A DNA stretch of 64,000 nt. Origin: Felis catus. Lineage: Eukaryota. The number at the start of each line of letters is the position of its first letter. Positions within the stretch are counted from its first letter, which is position 1. The stretch is from contig NC_058368.1 of NCBI RefSeq assembly GCF_018350175.1, positions 193,938,001-194,002,000 on the forward strand, read 5' to 3'. Shown here in pieces: positions 25,660 through 37,880 of the stretch. Made by a program: the position numbers and the translations under genes. The notes beneath the pieces are model-generated. The model was not told where the DNA came from and made no database searches. It saw only the letters and a list, made by a program, of their open reading frames with translations.

Positions 25660-26379
25660 TAGCTTAATGTCTTTATGACTCAATATTTTCCATTTCCTTC
25701 TTAGTAAGTTGAGCTTCTAACAAGCACCCTCCACTCCAACTCTAAGTGATTGACGGGTTTGGGAATATGTTTTTCCCCCAATATTCTAATTATATTAAAT
25801 ATACGGTTATATCAATGAAGAAAAAGACTACAGGCATTTATAAATGAGGTATAAGATATGGAGGAAGAATTATGAGCCTTTGAAATGTTGGGTAAAATAA
25901 ATCTACACGGTGATTCAGAAGAATTAGTTTTAAATTCTGACTCTGCCCTTCTTCTGTGGGAAGTGGAGCACTTCTCTAATCTCAGTTTACCTATCTGTAA
26001 ATGTAGAAGACGGGATTCAAGGATCCTCTTTGTCAGTAATATTTTGTGATGTCTGAATGTCCTTACATTACTTACTGCAAAACGATGGGTGGGCAGTGTA
26101 TTTAGAATTCCGTGTGGTTCCTATCCTTACCTAAGGCTTATAACTGTCATTCCTGGACATTAGAGCTGGACAGCATGTGCATTCATGACCTCCTAAACTT
26201 CTGACTCTTGAAGAGAATACATTTTTTAAATTGGTTATTTAAAAGTTAAAGTCATCTTAGTCTGCAAAAAATGGGAGGTGTGTAGTATTTTCCAAATAAA
26301 AGGAAGTGATAAATCCGTTATTCTGTGCTGAACACACACTATGTCCCCTACTTTATTTTCTTCAAATAAGTGAACATAC

Positions 26380-28000
26380 AGCACTTATTATATACCAAAT
26401 ACTTTCTAGGCACAGGAATGTGAATATGATTAAGACATGGCTCTTAAGAAGACTGCAGTTTGATGAGAGAAAAAGATAACCAATAATACAGCATAAATGT
26501 TCTGACGGATATGTAAATTACTTTGCTATAGAAAATATGTGATATTTAGTCACCCATCCAATCAACAAATACTTAGTGCTGCCTATGTACAGATCTTGCT
26601 CTAGGAATCTTGATATGGTAGCTATCAAAATAGAGAAGGTTCCTACTTTAATGGAGCCCAAAGTCTAGTATAGGAAGAGAGAAAATGAATCAATAACAAA
26701 TGAAATAACAAGGCAATAAAGACTTCCAGATGATTGTAAGTACTATGTGGAAACAATATTAAGTAGGGAATAGGGAATGATGGTGAGGATTATAGTTTTG
26801 TATAAGATGACCAGAACAAAAATTGTCTATAAGAGAAGGTTTAAACAGAGAACTAAGGAAAGTTAGAGTGATGTGAAGTCTAGGGGAACACTGGTCCAGG
26901 TAGAAGGAAAGGCAAGTGCATAGACCTTAAGGCACAAGTATGCTTGACCTGTGTGAAGACTAGTGAGGAGAAAAGTGTGGCTAGAATAGTCTGAAAAACT
27001 AGAGGGATGAATTTTCCATTGGCTGTGGGAAAAGCAACTGTGTCAGGGAGGGGAAAACAGGATTTTGACTTTGAACATGTTAAATTTGAGATTCCTGTTA
27101 AACACCTAAAAGAGATGATATAAAAACATATAAATATATGATTCTGGAGTTCATGTGAGGGGGTCCTGTCTGGAGATTTGAATGTAGGTGCTTTCAGCAT
27201 ATAAATATACTTAAATATTTAATATGACTGAAAGTTATCCATCAAGGAATGACTATCAGTAGACATATAAGAGAATCAAAAGAACCAGCAAAGATAAACT
27301 GAGACAGTCTGCTCAGGAATGTAGGAGGAAACTGAATAGTAGTGACCTAAAAGCCAAGCGAAGAAAGAGAAAGAGTTTTGAGAAGAAGGGAATAATCACT
27401 AGTGTCAGTGATTCTGATGGCTCAATACCGACACAGAGAGGGGAGAATTGCTGAAGAGCAGTGGAGGAGGGACTTGAGGGGTTCAAGGTTGAGGGCTGGA
27501 TGCATGAGAGACAGGTGGCCTGAGGTAAGTGGTTGTGAAGATGGAAAAGAAGAGGCCTGAACAGGAAGTAAGCATGATGAGGCTGACCAATGGATTGGAT
27601 ACTGCAGGGGTGTTTTAAGGTCTAGAGAGGAAGTGTAGAAGATTCCCAAGCTTAATATCTGAGTAACTAGAAGAATCAAATAATGATGCTGTTCGTTAAT
27701 GGAGGAAACCAGTGGCAGAGGAGCAGTTTTAGAAGGGGAAGAAGATGGTAAGTTTTTAGGACAAACTGATTTTGATATCCGTTTAGGACATCCAAGTGAA
27801 TTTATACATTGGGAAGTTGTATATGGAGGTGAAGTTCAGGAGACAGCTCTGAGGGGTTTCATGTGTATTTCATGTCTCCATGTCATTACTGATGTACAGG
27901 CATACAGGTAGATGTCATTACTGATGTACAGGTATACAGGTGGATGTTTGGGAAAAGGTGTCCGAGGATCATGTGATCCAGAAGTCCTGTGATAAGAGGG
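26380..28000 (-). mobile_element. L2 relics (several segments)
   Basis: 'catccaatcaacaaatacttagtg', 'ttttgactttgaacatgttaaatttgagattcctgttaaacacc', 'tttgatatccgtttaggacatccaagtg'. Confidence 0.75.
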
Positions 28001-28402
28001 AAGTATGGAGAAGCTGGGAGTCAGCCATCCTGAGTTCTAAGACCAGCCTATCATGGACCAGTTGTGTGAGTTTGGACAGTGGTGTGGTCAGTGAGTTCTC
28101 TCCTGTGTGAGGTATGGAGAAGAGCAACTGTGAACTTTTTGAGGATCCAGAGTACTAGTAGATGGAGAAAGTATTCAAATTTATTCTACATGCTTATGTC
28201 ATTACAACTACTACACACACACTAATGAGACTGCTACTACAACAAACACGACTATTAATTTTATTAACAATAATAAATGCCCAAGTATATGTTATAAATG
28301 AGGGGAAATCAGTCTCTTGAGGTGAAATTTGTAGAAGGAATCTCTTCTCCCTGCCATTAAAATGTATGTCTCCAATAAACATTAAAAAAAAAAGGTGGGG
28401 GG

Positions 28403-28605
28403 GAGGCACCTGGGTGGCGCAGTCAGTTAGGCAGGACTTCGGCTCAGGTCATGATCTCAAGGTTCGTGGGTTTGAGCCCTGCGTTAGGCTCTGTGCCGAC
28501 AGCTCAGAGCCTGCAGCCTTCTTCGGATTCTGTGTCTCCCTCTCTCTCTCTTTGCCCCTTCCCCACTTACACTCTATCTCTCTCAAAAATATAAACATTA
28601 AAAAA
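28403..28605 (+). mobile_element. CAN-SINE (SINEC_Fc)
   Basis: 'gaggcacctgggtggcgcagtcagttag...cttcggctcaggtcatgatctc...agctcagagcctgcagcc'. Confidence 0.95.
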
Positions 28606-29399
28606 AATGGATGCCTCTCTGTCTCTCTCCCCCTCCCTCTCTCCCTTTCTCTTAAACTCCCTGGAGATGTACTGTATTTCAGTGTATCCAAGAAACTAAG
28701 CACATGCCCATTAACTCAACTGAATCATTTTGGGAGGAAACAGTTTATAAGATGGCTTTAATAAGAACCCACTAGGCTGAATTCCCCTTTGCTCATTTCA
28801 CTCTGTCCTACAAAACACCTTTTAAACCTCTGCTTTTGACAAACACTTGGTTTGGGTTTCCTTAGTTTTCCTAACAACTTTGCCTCCCTGATGTGTGCTA
28901 TCTTGCTGTGGAGGAGCAGAGGCAGACTGTGGTGGAGGTGGCTGTGCTTTTCAGTGCTCACCAGCCTGTCTTCACTGTCACTTGTCAACCTACCATAGCC
29001 AGCTCAGAGCTCAGTCCGAATATCCTCAGCAGCTATTCCCAGGACCGAGCAGGGATGCCCTGCAGGTGAGAACTGAAGGCTGGACCAATTCCTCTTGTGA
29101 TTATGTGGATCTTATTTATTGATTGATTCACTTCTTTTTTCAATGGGCAAAGGTAGCAGGACAACCAAAATGATGTGAATGAGGATGATGATCCCTAGCA
29201 TTTAGCACCAATGGCAGGTACTGTGCTAAGAGGTTTAAATACAGTTTATCAACTAAGTTTCACAAGAATAATATGTAGATTCATGATTATTGTTCTCAGC
29301 TGAGAAAAATGAATTAAAAAAATAGTGTTTTCAGGTACACCCCATAGTTAGTAGAGCTGAATTTTAAATCCGAGTCTTTAAAAAAAAAAGTTTGTTTGT

Positions 29400-30785
29400 T
29401 TTTTAGTGTTTATTCATTTTTTTACAAAAGGAATAAATGTGAATAGAAAACAAGGAGCTAAAATAAGAAAAATAAAACAACATATCCCTACTATGCAGAG
29501 ATCACCATTATTTAGGCTACATTCCTTTATGTCTTTATACATGCCCCTCCCATCCCCCCACTCCCCCCCCCTGCCCTGCACACAGAGATTTCCCATTGCT
29601 TTCCAAATACTGACCTCCGCGCTATGACACCTGGGTATAAAAAACTTTGACTTACTCATTGAGTTTCATCTACTTCCTACCTTACAGACAGGTAAGTGCT
29701 CTTAGGGGAAAATCCTGTAATTGCAGACCTTAACAAGGTTGAATTCCTTCAGCTTCTGCCTACTCTTGTTTGCATTCTAGCACCTTCAAATAGTCAGTGT
29801 TGTATATTGTTCAGAGTTTATAATTGTTAATTGGCAGGAGTACCAATTCATTACACACTCCCCAGCCCTTTCTGGCACCAAAAACTCTCTCATATTGTTT
29901 CAATATTTGTTTCTGTTACAACTGAGGTTAAGTGTCTGTTTCATATAGGGTCACTGTCTATTTCATGTGGACACTCTGTTCATTTCCTTTACCAATTTTT
30001 TCTATTGTGTTGTTTGTCTTTTTCTCTTGTTTTGATTGTTCTTTATATATTAAGGACTGTTCTTTATATATATTAAAGATTAATGTTTTATCTATGACAT
30101 CAGTGGGAAATATTTTCCCTTTAAAATATTTTTATGTTATTAAATGTTGAGTTATAAAGTTATTTTAGGTGTGCCTGGCTGGTGCAGTTGGAAGAGTGTG
30201 CAACTCTTGACCTAAGGGTCGTGAGTTTTAGCCCTCAATGGGGTGTAGAGATTGCTTAAATAAATAAGACTTCAAATTTTTTTTAAAAAATAGTTATTTT
30301 AATTATATTAAAACTTACAAATATTTTATATATAGGTTTTAAATTTTGGATGTCTATTACAAAGGCTTTATCCACTCTGATTTTAAAGGAGTATTCTCCA
30401 TGTTCTCTTCATGTACTTAATACAGATTCCTTTCCCCCTTGCATTGCGACCTTTAATCCATTTGAAGTTTTCCTTGGTGTATGATGTGAAATGATGATCC
30501 AACTTAATCTTTTTTTTTTCTAAAATATATTCATTTTCCTTAGTATCAGTTAAGAGTACATGTTGAGCTCACTCATTAGAAATGTCTCCTTCAGTATATA
30601 CTGAACTTTTGTATGTTTGAGGGGTAATTCTGGATTTAATGCTCTTTTCAATGGGTATTTCTGTCTATTCATGTACGAATATAATTTTAAGTATTGAGTC
30701 TTTATGGTGGTTTTTAATATTTTATAAGAGTATTCTACCTTATTGCTCTTATCTTTCAGCATTTTCCTGGCAATTTTTTCCTTGT
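29400..30785 (-). mobile_element. Old L1M (L1MC/ME-like) fragments
   Basis: T-rich antisense L1 ORF2-end motifs such as 'ctttaatccatttgaagttttccttggtgtatgatgtga' and 'ctttcagcattttcctggcaatt'. Confidence 0.6.
30168..30290 (+). mobile_element. Short-type CAN-SINE
   Basis: 'gcctggctggtgcagttggaagagtgtgcaactcttgacctaagggtcgtgagtt...gggtgtagagattgcttaaataaataa'; TSD a(a/t)agttatttt. Confidence 0.9.
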
Positions 30786-30941
30786 TAGACCAATTTTTTC
30801 TCCACCAAATTCCATACTTTCATCTAGTGTATTTTATTGTCAGGTACTGTGTCCATTCGTGTATTACATGATTACAGAGAAATTTATTGCAGGCCTTTCT
30901 ATGCTGACCTTTGTGTTAAGTATAAGAAATAACACAGATGT

Positions 30942-31150
30942 GAGGCACCTGGGTGACTCATCTGGTTAAGCATCTGACTCTTGGTTTCAGCTTAAGTCAT
31001 GATCTCATGGTTCTGTGAGTTCAAGCCCTGCATCAGGCTCCACACTGATAGTACAGAGCCTGCTGGGGATTTTCTCTCTCCCTCTCTCTCTGCTCTTCCC
31101 TCCCTCCCTCACGCTCTCTCTCTCAAATAAATCAACTTAAAAGAAAAAAG
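30942..31150 (+). mobile_element. CAN-SINE
   Basis: 'gaggcacctgggtgactcatctggttaagcatctgactcttggtttcagc'; TSD aacacag(a/g)tg. Confidence 0.95.
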
Positions 31151-34072
31151 TAAAAACACAGGTGAGAGTCCTTATTCGCTGAGCTTCTAGTAGATCCGTG
31201 GTACTTTTAAAAATGTGGAAAATGCAAGGAATAAAAATACCGTGAGCTCTGTTGTGTACATCTGTAGTCTCAGACATTCCAAAGGTTATTGTGAAGAGCC
31301 ATCATGTTTGAGAACCAATGGCCTCTGAGGAAAACCAACACAATATGGCCTCCTTCTATCTGACCAGAAAATGTCTGGTCATTTCTCTTTAGTTTCCATG
31401 ATGTCATAAATCAATACGGTCAACATGGAAAGGGGCATCACAGATCCTAATCTAGTCTTCTTACTTATGGAGAAACTTAAACCCAGATGTGATATGATCT
31501 ACTTAAAATTGAGTCAGTGGCCTATTGGATCAGAAACCCAACGTTTATCTTCAGTTCCATTTTTTTTCCTGACAATTACACCATGCAGAGACCTCATTGA
31601 ACAAACCAATATCTCATGACTGAGAGGTGTGAAATTAATTTAATTCATATGTAAACATTTGAAATCATTCACCAGGCTAGGATTGTTTTCACTCAATATT
31701 TTGAACATTGTTCCTAAATTTACTCATTATCTATTTGTTCCTACATTTATTCATTTATTGACCAAACACAGTTTCTGAGGGTTATATGTTCTGGTTGATG
31801 TAATGAAATATCAAACTTTGAATCTGTATTCAAATGATTTTAATTTGAATGCATATGTAAGATACATGCACATGAACTATTAAACTTACAATTTGGGTAG
31901 AGTACAAGACAATTCAAGAAATGTTACAAAGCATTTACATGCTACATGAGTAAAATAGATGAAGTCACTGTTGGTTGGGAGTAGAAAATATGCTGTGTAG
32001 GAGGTGATTATTTAGCTAAACATGGAGGGGTGATGAAGGGCACTGATACGAGGAGATATTACACATATAAACTCAGCAATTATGAGAAGCACTGAGAGCC
32101 TTTTCTCTCCACATCTGTCCTTTAACAGAGCTTTTCTGTTTGTAACTATGTACATTTGTTTTGCAACATCTTTTGTCTTTCCAAAAGTGGAAATTATTTG
32201 ATAAAAAGTTATTGATAAATACACTACACAAATAGAAAAGCCTCCCTAAAGAACTAACATCATCGAGGCAGGTGTTGTTTGATAAGAGTGAACTTTCCAG
32301 ATTATTGAAGCTTGCCCTCTAGAATGTTAAGACTATGCTTTAAAAAAAATTACCCACTCTGGGTATAAATTTGTGTTTAATGAAATTTAGACTTTTATCA
32401 CGCAACTTTTGAACTGTTCCTGGAGATAAGAATGATAAGAAATATGTCTTCTTGTACTCTGCTCAATTGAATAGCCCTGTTTGTCTTTAATTTCTGTCAA
32501 TTGCAATGCGGATTAATTTTTTATCTTTTAAGTTTCTCTGTCCCCTCCCTCACTGTGTCCTGTTATATATTTCAATATTTTAGGTATTTATTTCTAGCAA
32601 TCTGGTTTCTCTTCTAAACTGTTATTTTGTCCCCCCTGTTAGCTATAAAAAATAATGGCAAATGGATCCAGGATGGTTTGTAGCATAGGGGAAAGGGGCT
32701 GGATTGAGAGGTAGGAGTTATTGATGGCTTTGCCAACAAACTAACTGGGGATGTATAACCTTGGGGAATTTACTTTCATTTTCTCATGCCTGGGCTTTTC
32801 AGTTGCAAAATCCTGAATGTGATTATGCATGGTTTTCAAGTTCTTTAGGGATCACACTGGATAGGATGCAGAGGCTAGGTGAAGGTACTCTTAACTTTTC
32901 ATACTCCCTCCCACCATATTATAGTCAGTCTATTCTAATTTATCTTTTGTATCTTGAATATTTTTATGACAAGCACTCAATAACTTTTTAAAAATTGTGA
33001 ATGCTACTGCATTAGAAAGTCAATGGCTATGATTTATTCATATACTGAAAATCTCTATTCTCCAATTTATCATAGGCTTTTATATATATTATCTCTAATT
33101 TTCACAAACTCTTACAGGATGGTAAAATACTGTCATTTTCACTTTACATTTGAGAAAACTGAGCCTCAGCATTAGAAAAAAAAAACAAAAAACTTTCCTA
33201 AGACCATATAGCCAGTAAATGGCAAAAATAAAATTCTAGCTCCGTGCTACAGTTTGGGGGAAATTTCACCTTGTCTCCTAGTATGACTCCTTTCACTTGC
33301 ATATAACTACTATTACTAGATGTGGTATAATTATATCTATCCTGAAAAACCTCAAAGTGAATTAGTCTTCTATGAGAAAATTCTGCTAACTTTAATGACA
33401 TTTGCCCATGCTTTTCTTTGACTTTTCCTTGTCTTTTTTTCTGATTCATGACCATGCATCTAAAACTGCATTACATTTGTAGTTTAAAACATTTATAGAC
33501 ACATCAATTGACTATAAGGGAGAACATGGACAGACAGAAGAGGAATACATGTCTGAAGGAGGACAAAAAAAAATCCCAAATTATGTACTTAAGATAACAT
33601 GAATACTACTTTTGTCAAAAAAAGTCTTTTTTTTTTTTTTTTTTACTTTGAAAACTAGATCTTCTACGTAGTGGGTAAATTTCCATCCCACAGTGAACTT
33701 TGATGTATTTTCTGATTTGTAACTTGGCTTTGCCAAGTCTTAAGAGAAAGTTGCCTCTGTTGGCAGGAAGGAAGAATTTAAATAATGAACTGAATCCAGA
33801 GAATGGTGAATACACAATTGTGCTGTGCACACATGCGCCTGCCTTTGTCTCTGAATAGCAGTAATTACTAGTTCCCTGTACCTCTTATTCTTTTCACCCT
33901 GAGCTGTCAAACTTCTCACCTACCTCTTAAAAAAAAATCAGGAGTGGGTAATGTTCTTGCCTTTTCAATGAAACAGCTCCAATTTAAGAGAGCAACCAAG
34001 AAACACCCAGATACTTTGTCCCCAGTCACCTGGCTTTCAGCCTAAAGAAACGTTTTTTTGTGTTTTTCTTGT

Positions 34073-34073
<1 letters not shown>

Positions 34074-34118
<45 letters not shown>
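34074..34118. repeat. (TG)n microsatellite
   Basis: Uninterrupted TG run of about 22 units. Confidence 0.97.
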
Positions 34119-34124
<6 letters not shown>

Positions 34125-36500
34125 CCTTGTCAAGAGATAGTGTAAAGTCATGACTTGATCTTCAGTGCTTTAATAGAGCATCTTACTGCTCTTTCTTCAT
34201 TTTTCTGAACTCTGATTTACACAACCAAGCCTGATTATGGTCTCCTTTCCAAGGTTTCTTCACTTGGAAAGTATACCCTTGAGTGAGCCCTATCTTCTCT
34301 ATTCTACTTTGTGTTTCAGGGAGTCATGACCCAGAATTTCTGAGCATCTTTTACAGTTCTCTGAGGTTCCTGTCCTCCATAAAGCACCACTTTCTTTAGA
34401 AGTGCATGGAGGCTGAAAATAAAACATAGTATGGCCATATTAAATACTTTATCCTACTCAAGTCTCCTAGGCAGAGTTCAAAAACCTAGGAGGTACTATG
34501 GCATAATAATCACAGAACTTTAGAATCATATAAACTTAATTGAAATCCAAGATTAATCTTCACTACTAGTTGTATGTTCTTGAGAAATTCTTCTTATTCT
34601 TAAATAACAGCTTAATGGAAATATAATTCATATACCATAAGCTCATTTTTTAAAGTGTACTGCTTAGTGGTCTTTAAGATACTTAGAAGGGACTTGTGCA
34701 AGATGGCAATGTAGGAAGATCCTGAACTTACCTCCTCCCCGCAGACACACAGCTACATATGGATCATTTCTCTCAGAAAAAAATCTGAAAACTAGATGAA
34801 CTACTTCACCAAAACAAAGGACAAAAAGACCATATCACATAATAGGGAGGGATCTCAACAGCACAATGCTTTTCCCAGGGAAGTGGGAAGTCAGTGTGCC
34901 ACATTAGCTACCACAGCCCCTGGGATCTGCACTGGACAGACAAGCCCCTCAAATGTCTGCCTTAGAAAACAAATGGGGTTAATGTCAGTGGAACCCTAAG
35001 CACTATAGGAAACTGTATTTCTCTTTTCAAAGTGCTTGCATGTGGTCTCACTCACCCGAGGTCCAGTGAAAAACCAGCAGTTTGAAAAGCACCTGCATGG
35101 TACTTGAAGGAGATTCATTTGCTAATCTAAAAGCATTGCCGGAGGGCCAGAGGACTGTTGAAACTCCTTGGAGATGGAGGTACTGATAGATGCCAGTTTT
35201 GTACTCTTCACCTGCTCAGCTAGCATGGCTGCACAAGCTCAGATGTAACACCCTTCTGTTACCTTGCTAAGACAGGTAGGACAAGTGGTGGCAGCGCTCT
35301 TAGCTGCCTTGCTGAAGCTGGAGAGAGTGGCAGGAATAGCATCCCCCCAACTCCCTGACTGGGGATGGTGAGCATGAGCAGTTGTGCCATTTTCTTGCTC
35401 CCAGCCTAAAGCTGACATGTGCGCATGGACAAAGCACTCTCCTACTTCATTTCTGAAGCCCACAGTCCATGCAGTCAGGACATTCTCTTGCTGCCTTTCT
35501 GAAGTCCCATGAGTGTACTCCATTGCTAGCTAAAGCAGCAGGCATATATAGTCAACATGGGGGGTATCCTTTGATCACCTGGCCCTGATGGCCAAAGAAA
35601 CGGGTTTTCCTCCATGAGAAAGTAACAAATGGAAAGACAGTTGTTGGCAGGCCAAAGCACTGCACAGAAAGCAGACTGAAACACAAAGCCAATCATCCTG
35701 TGAAAATGGTCTGTTAACTAACCCTGGAGCTTCAGTCTAAAGGATAATCTTCACAGGCCCATACATCTAGAGACTAAGGTGGCATTGCCCGGGAATGTAA
35801 TCAGGGAGACACCATCCTTGCACATTCACTTGGCTTTATTAGAACTTGATGAGACCTCCCAGAAAGGGACTTATACACTTGTGTGGAGTACTGATATTTG
35901 CAACTATTGAACACAGAATACCTCCAGAACTCTTGGTATTGTGTTCCATAGGACTGTATTCCACAGTTCCCCAGGACTATATATATTTACATACTTTAAA
36001 AGCTGCCACTTGAGGGTCTGACTTCCAATCAGCCTGAGACTGGGCACTAAGTGAGATTCCTCCCCTTGGAACACTGATAGTTTTTGGCACACCCTCAACA
36101 ACAGGTGCACATCAAGAACAAAACAGGTGATTTAGGCAATTACAAAAGTTTGAGAGACAACCAAGAGCTAGGGCAAGGTTAAATGGGAAGGTGAATTACC
36201 TACACAAAGCCATTTCTCCAAGACTGAGAGAGGTAGCTGCTTTACCTAATGGATAGAAACAAACACAGAGAGTCATGAAAAATGAAGAAACAGAGAAATT
36301 TTCCAAATAAAAGAAAAATAAAAGACATTAATGGTACAAAAATTATAATTTACCTGGTAAATAATTGAAAGTAATGGTCATAAAAACATTACTGAACTCA
36401 GGAAAAGAATGGACACATTCTTTTGTGAAAAAGAACTCCAGGAAAAGATGGACACAGTGAGAAATTCAGCAAGATAGAAAATATTAAAAAGTACCAAACA

Positions 36501-36680
36501 GAGGTGCCTGGGTGGCTCAGTCAAGCATCCAATTCTTGGTTTCGGCTCAGGTCATGATCTCACAGTTTTGTGGGTTTAAGCCCCACATCAGGCTTGGGAT
36601 TCTCTCCCTCTTTTTCTGCCCCTCCCTGACTCATGCTGTCTTGGTCTCTCTCTAAATAAGTAAATAATCTTTAAAAAAAA
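36501..36680 (+). mobile_element. CAN-SINE in L1 ORF1
   Basis: SINE core with TSD aaaaagtaccaaa(c/t)aga. Confidence 0.93.
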
Positions 36681-37669
36681 AGTACCAAATAGAAACCACA
36701 GAGCTGAAGATTATAATAATTGACATGACAAATATACTAGAAGCATTCAATAACAGACTGAATGAAACAGAAAAACATGGATCAGTGACATAGAAGACAA
36801 AGCAATTGAACTCACCCAGACAAAGCATCAAAAACAAAAGAACAAAATTAGTGAAGGAAATTTAAAGCATCTATGGACAATGTCAAGCAGCATAACTTTT
36901 GCATTAGAAAGATCCTGGAAGAAGAGCAAGAAGAAAGGGGTAGAAAATATATTTGAAGAAGTAATGGCTGAAAACTTCCCCAACTTAGGGAAAGCAACAG
37001 GAATCCAGGTCCAGAAAGCCCAGAGACTTTCAAATAAGATGAATCCCAAGAGATCCATAACAAGAGACATAATAATGTCAAAAGTTAAAGAAAAAATCTT
37101 AAAAGCAGCAAAAACAAAACAAATTGTTAAATGCAAGAAAAACCTCATAAGCAATTAGCAGATTTCTCAGCAGAAAATTTGCAGGCCAATAGGGAGTGGC
37201 ATGACATATTCAAAGCCCTAATAGGAAAAAGCTTACAATGAAGAATACTCTACTCAACAAGATTATCATTCAAAATTGAAGGAGAGATAAAGAGTTTTCC
37301 ATACAAGCAAAAGCTAGACTTCATCTATACTAACTTGGCCTTATAAGAAATGTTAAAGGGACTTCTTTAAGCTTCTAAAGAAACTTGTTTAAGAAAACAT
37401 GAAAGTAAAAATCTCACTGGAAAAGATAAATATATAGTAAAGGTAGTGGATTAATGACTTATTAAACTACTGTATAAGTTAAAAGGCAAAACTAGGTTAA
37501 ATTAACTAAAACTATAATAATTACATAAAATGAAAAGATATAAAATGTGACCTCAAAAACATGAAACAGTGGGAGTAAAAATGTAGTTTTGAAATGCATT
37601 CAAATTTAAGTTGTTATAAATAACAACTTAAGTTGTTATAATTTAAGTTGTTAAAATAGACTTATATAA

Positions 37670-37880
37670 GGGCACCTGGGTGGCTCAGTCAGTTAAGCAT
37701 CTGACTTCGACTCAGGTCATGATCTCTCAGTTTGTAAATTTGAGCCCCATGTTGGGCTCTGTGCTGACAGCTTGGAGCCTGGAACCTGCTTGGGATTCTG
37801 TGTCTCCCTCTCTATCTGTCCCTCCCCCACTCACACTCTCTCTCAAAACTAAATAAACATTAAAAAATTAAAAAAAAAAG
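37670..37880 (+). mobile_element. CAN-SINE (SINEC_Fc) in L1, no TSD
   Basis: 'gggcacctgggtggctcagtcagttaagcatctgacttcgactcaggtcatgatc'; the flanks do not match each other. Confidence 0.95.

Noticed and set aside
28366..28761. Longest ORF in the track (131 aa)
   Set aside because: Reads through a CAN-SINE and a CT-rich tract; typical SINE pseudo-translation
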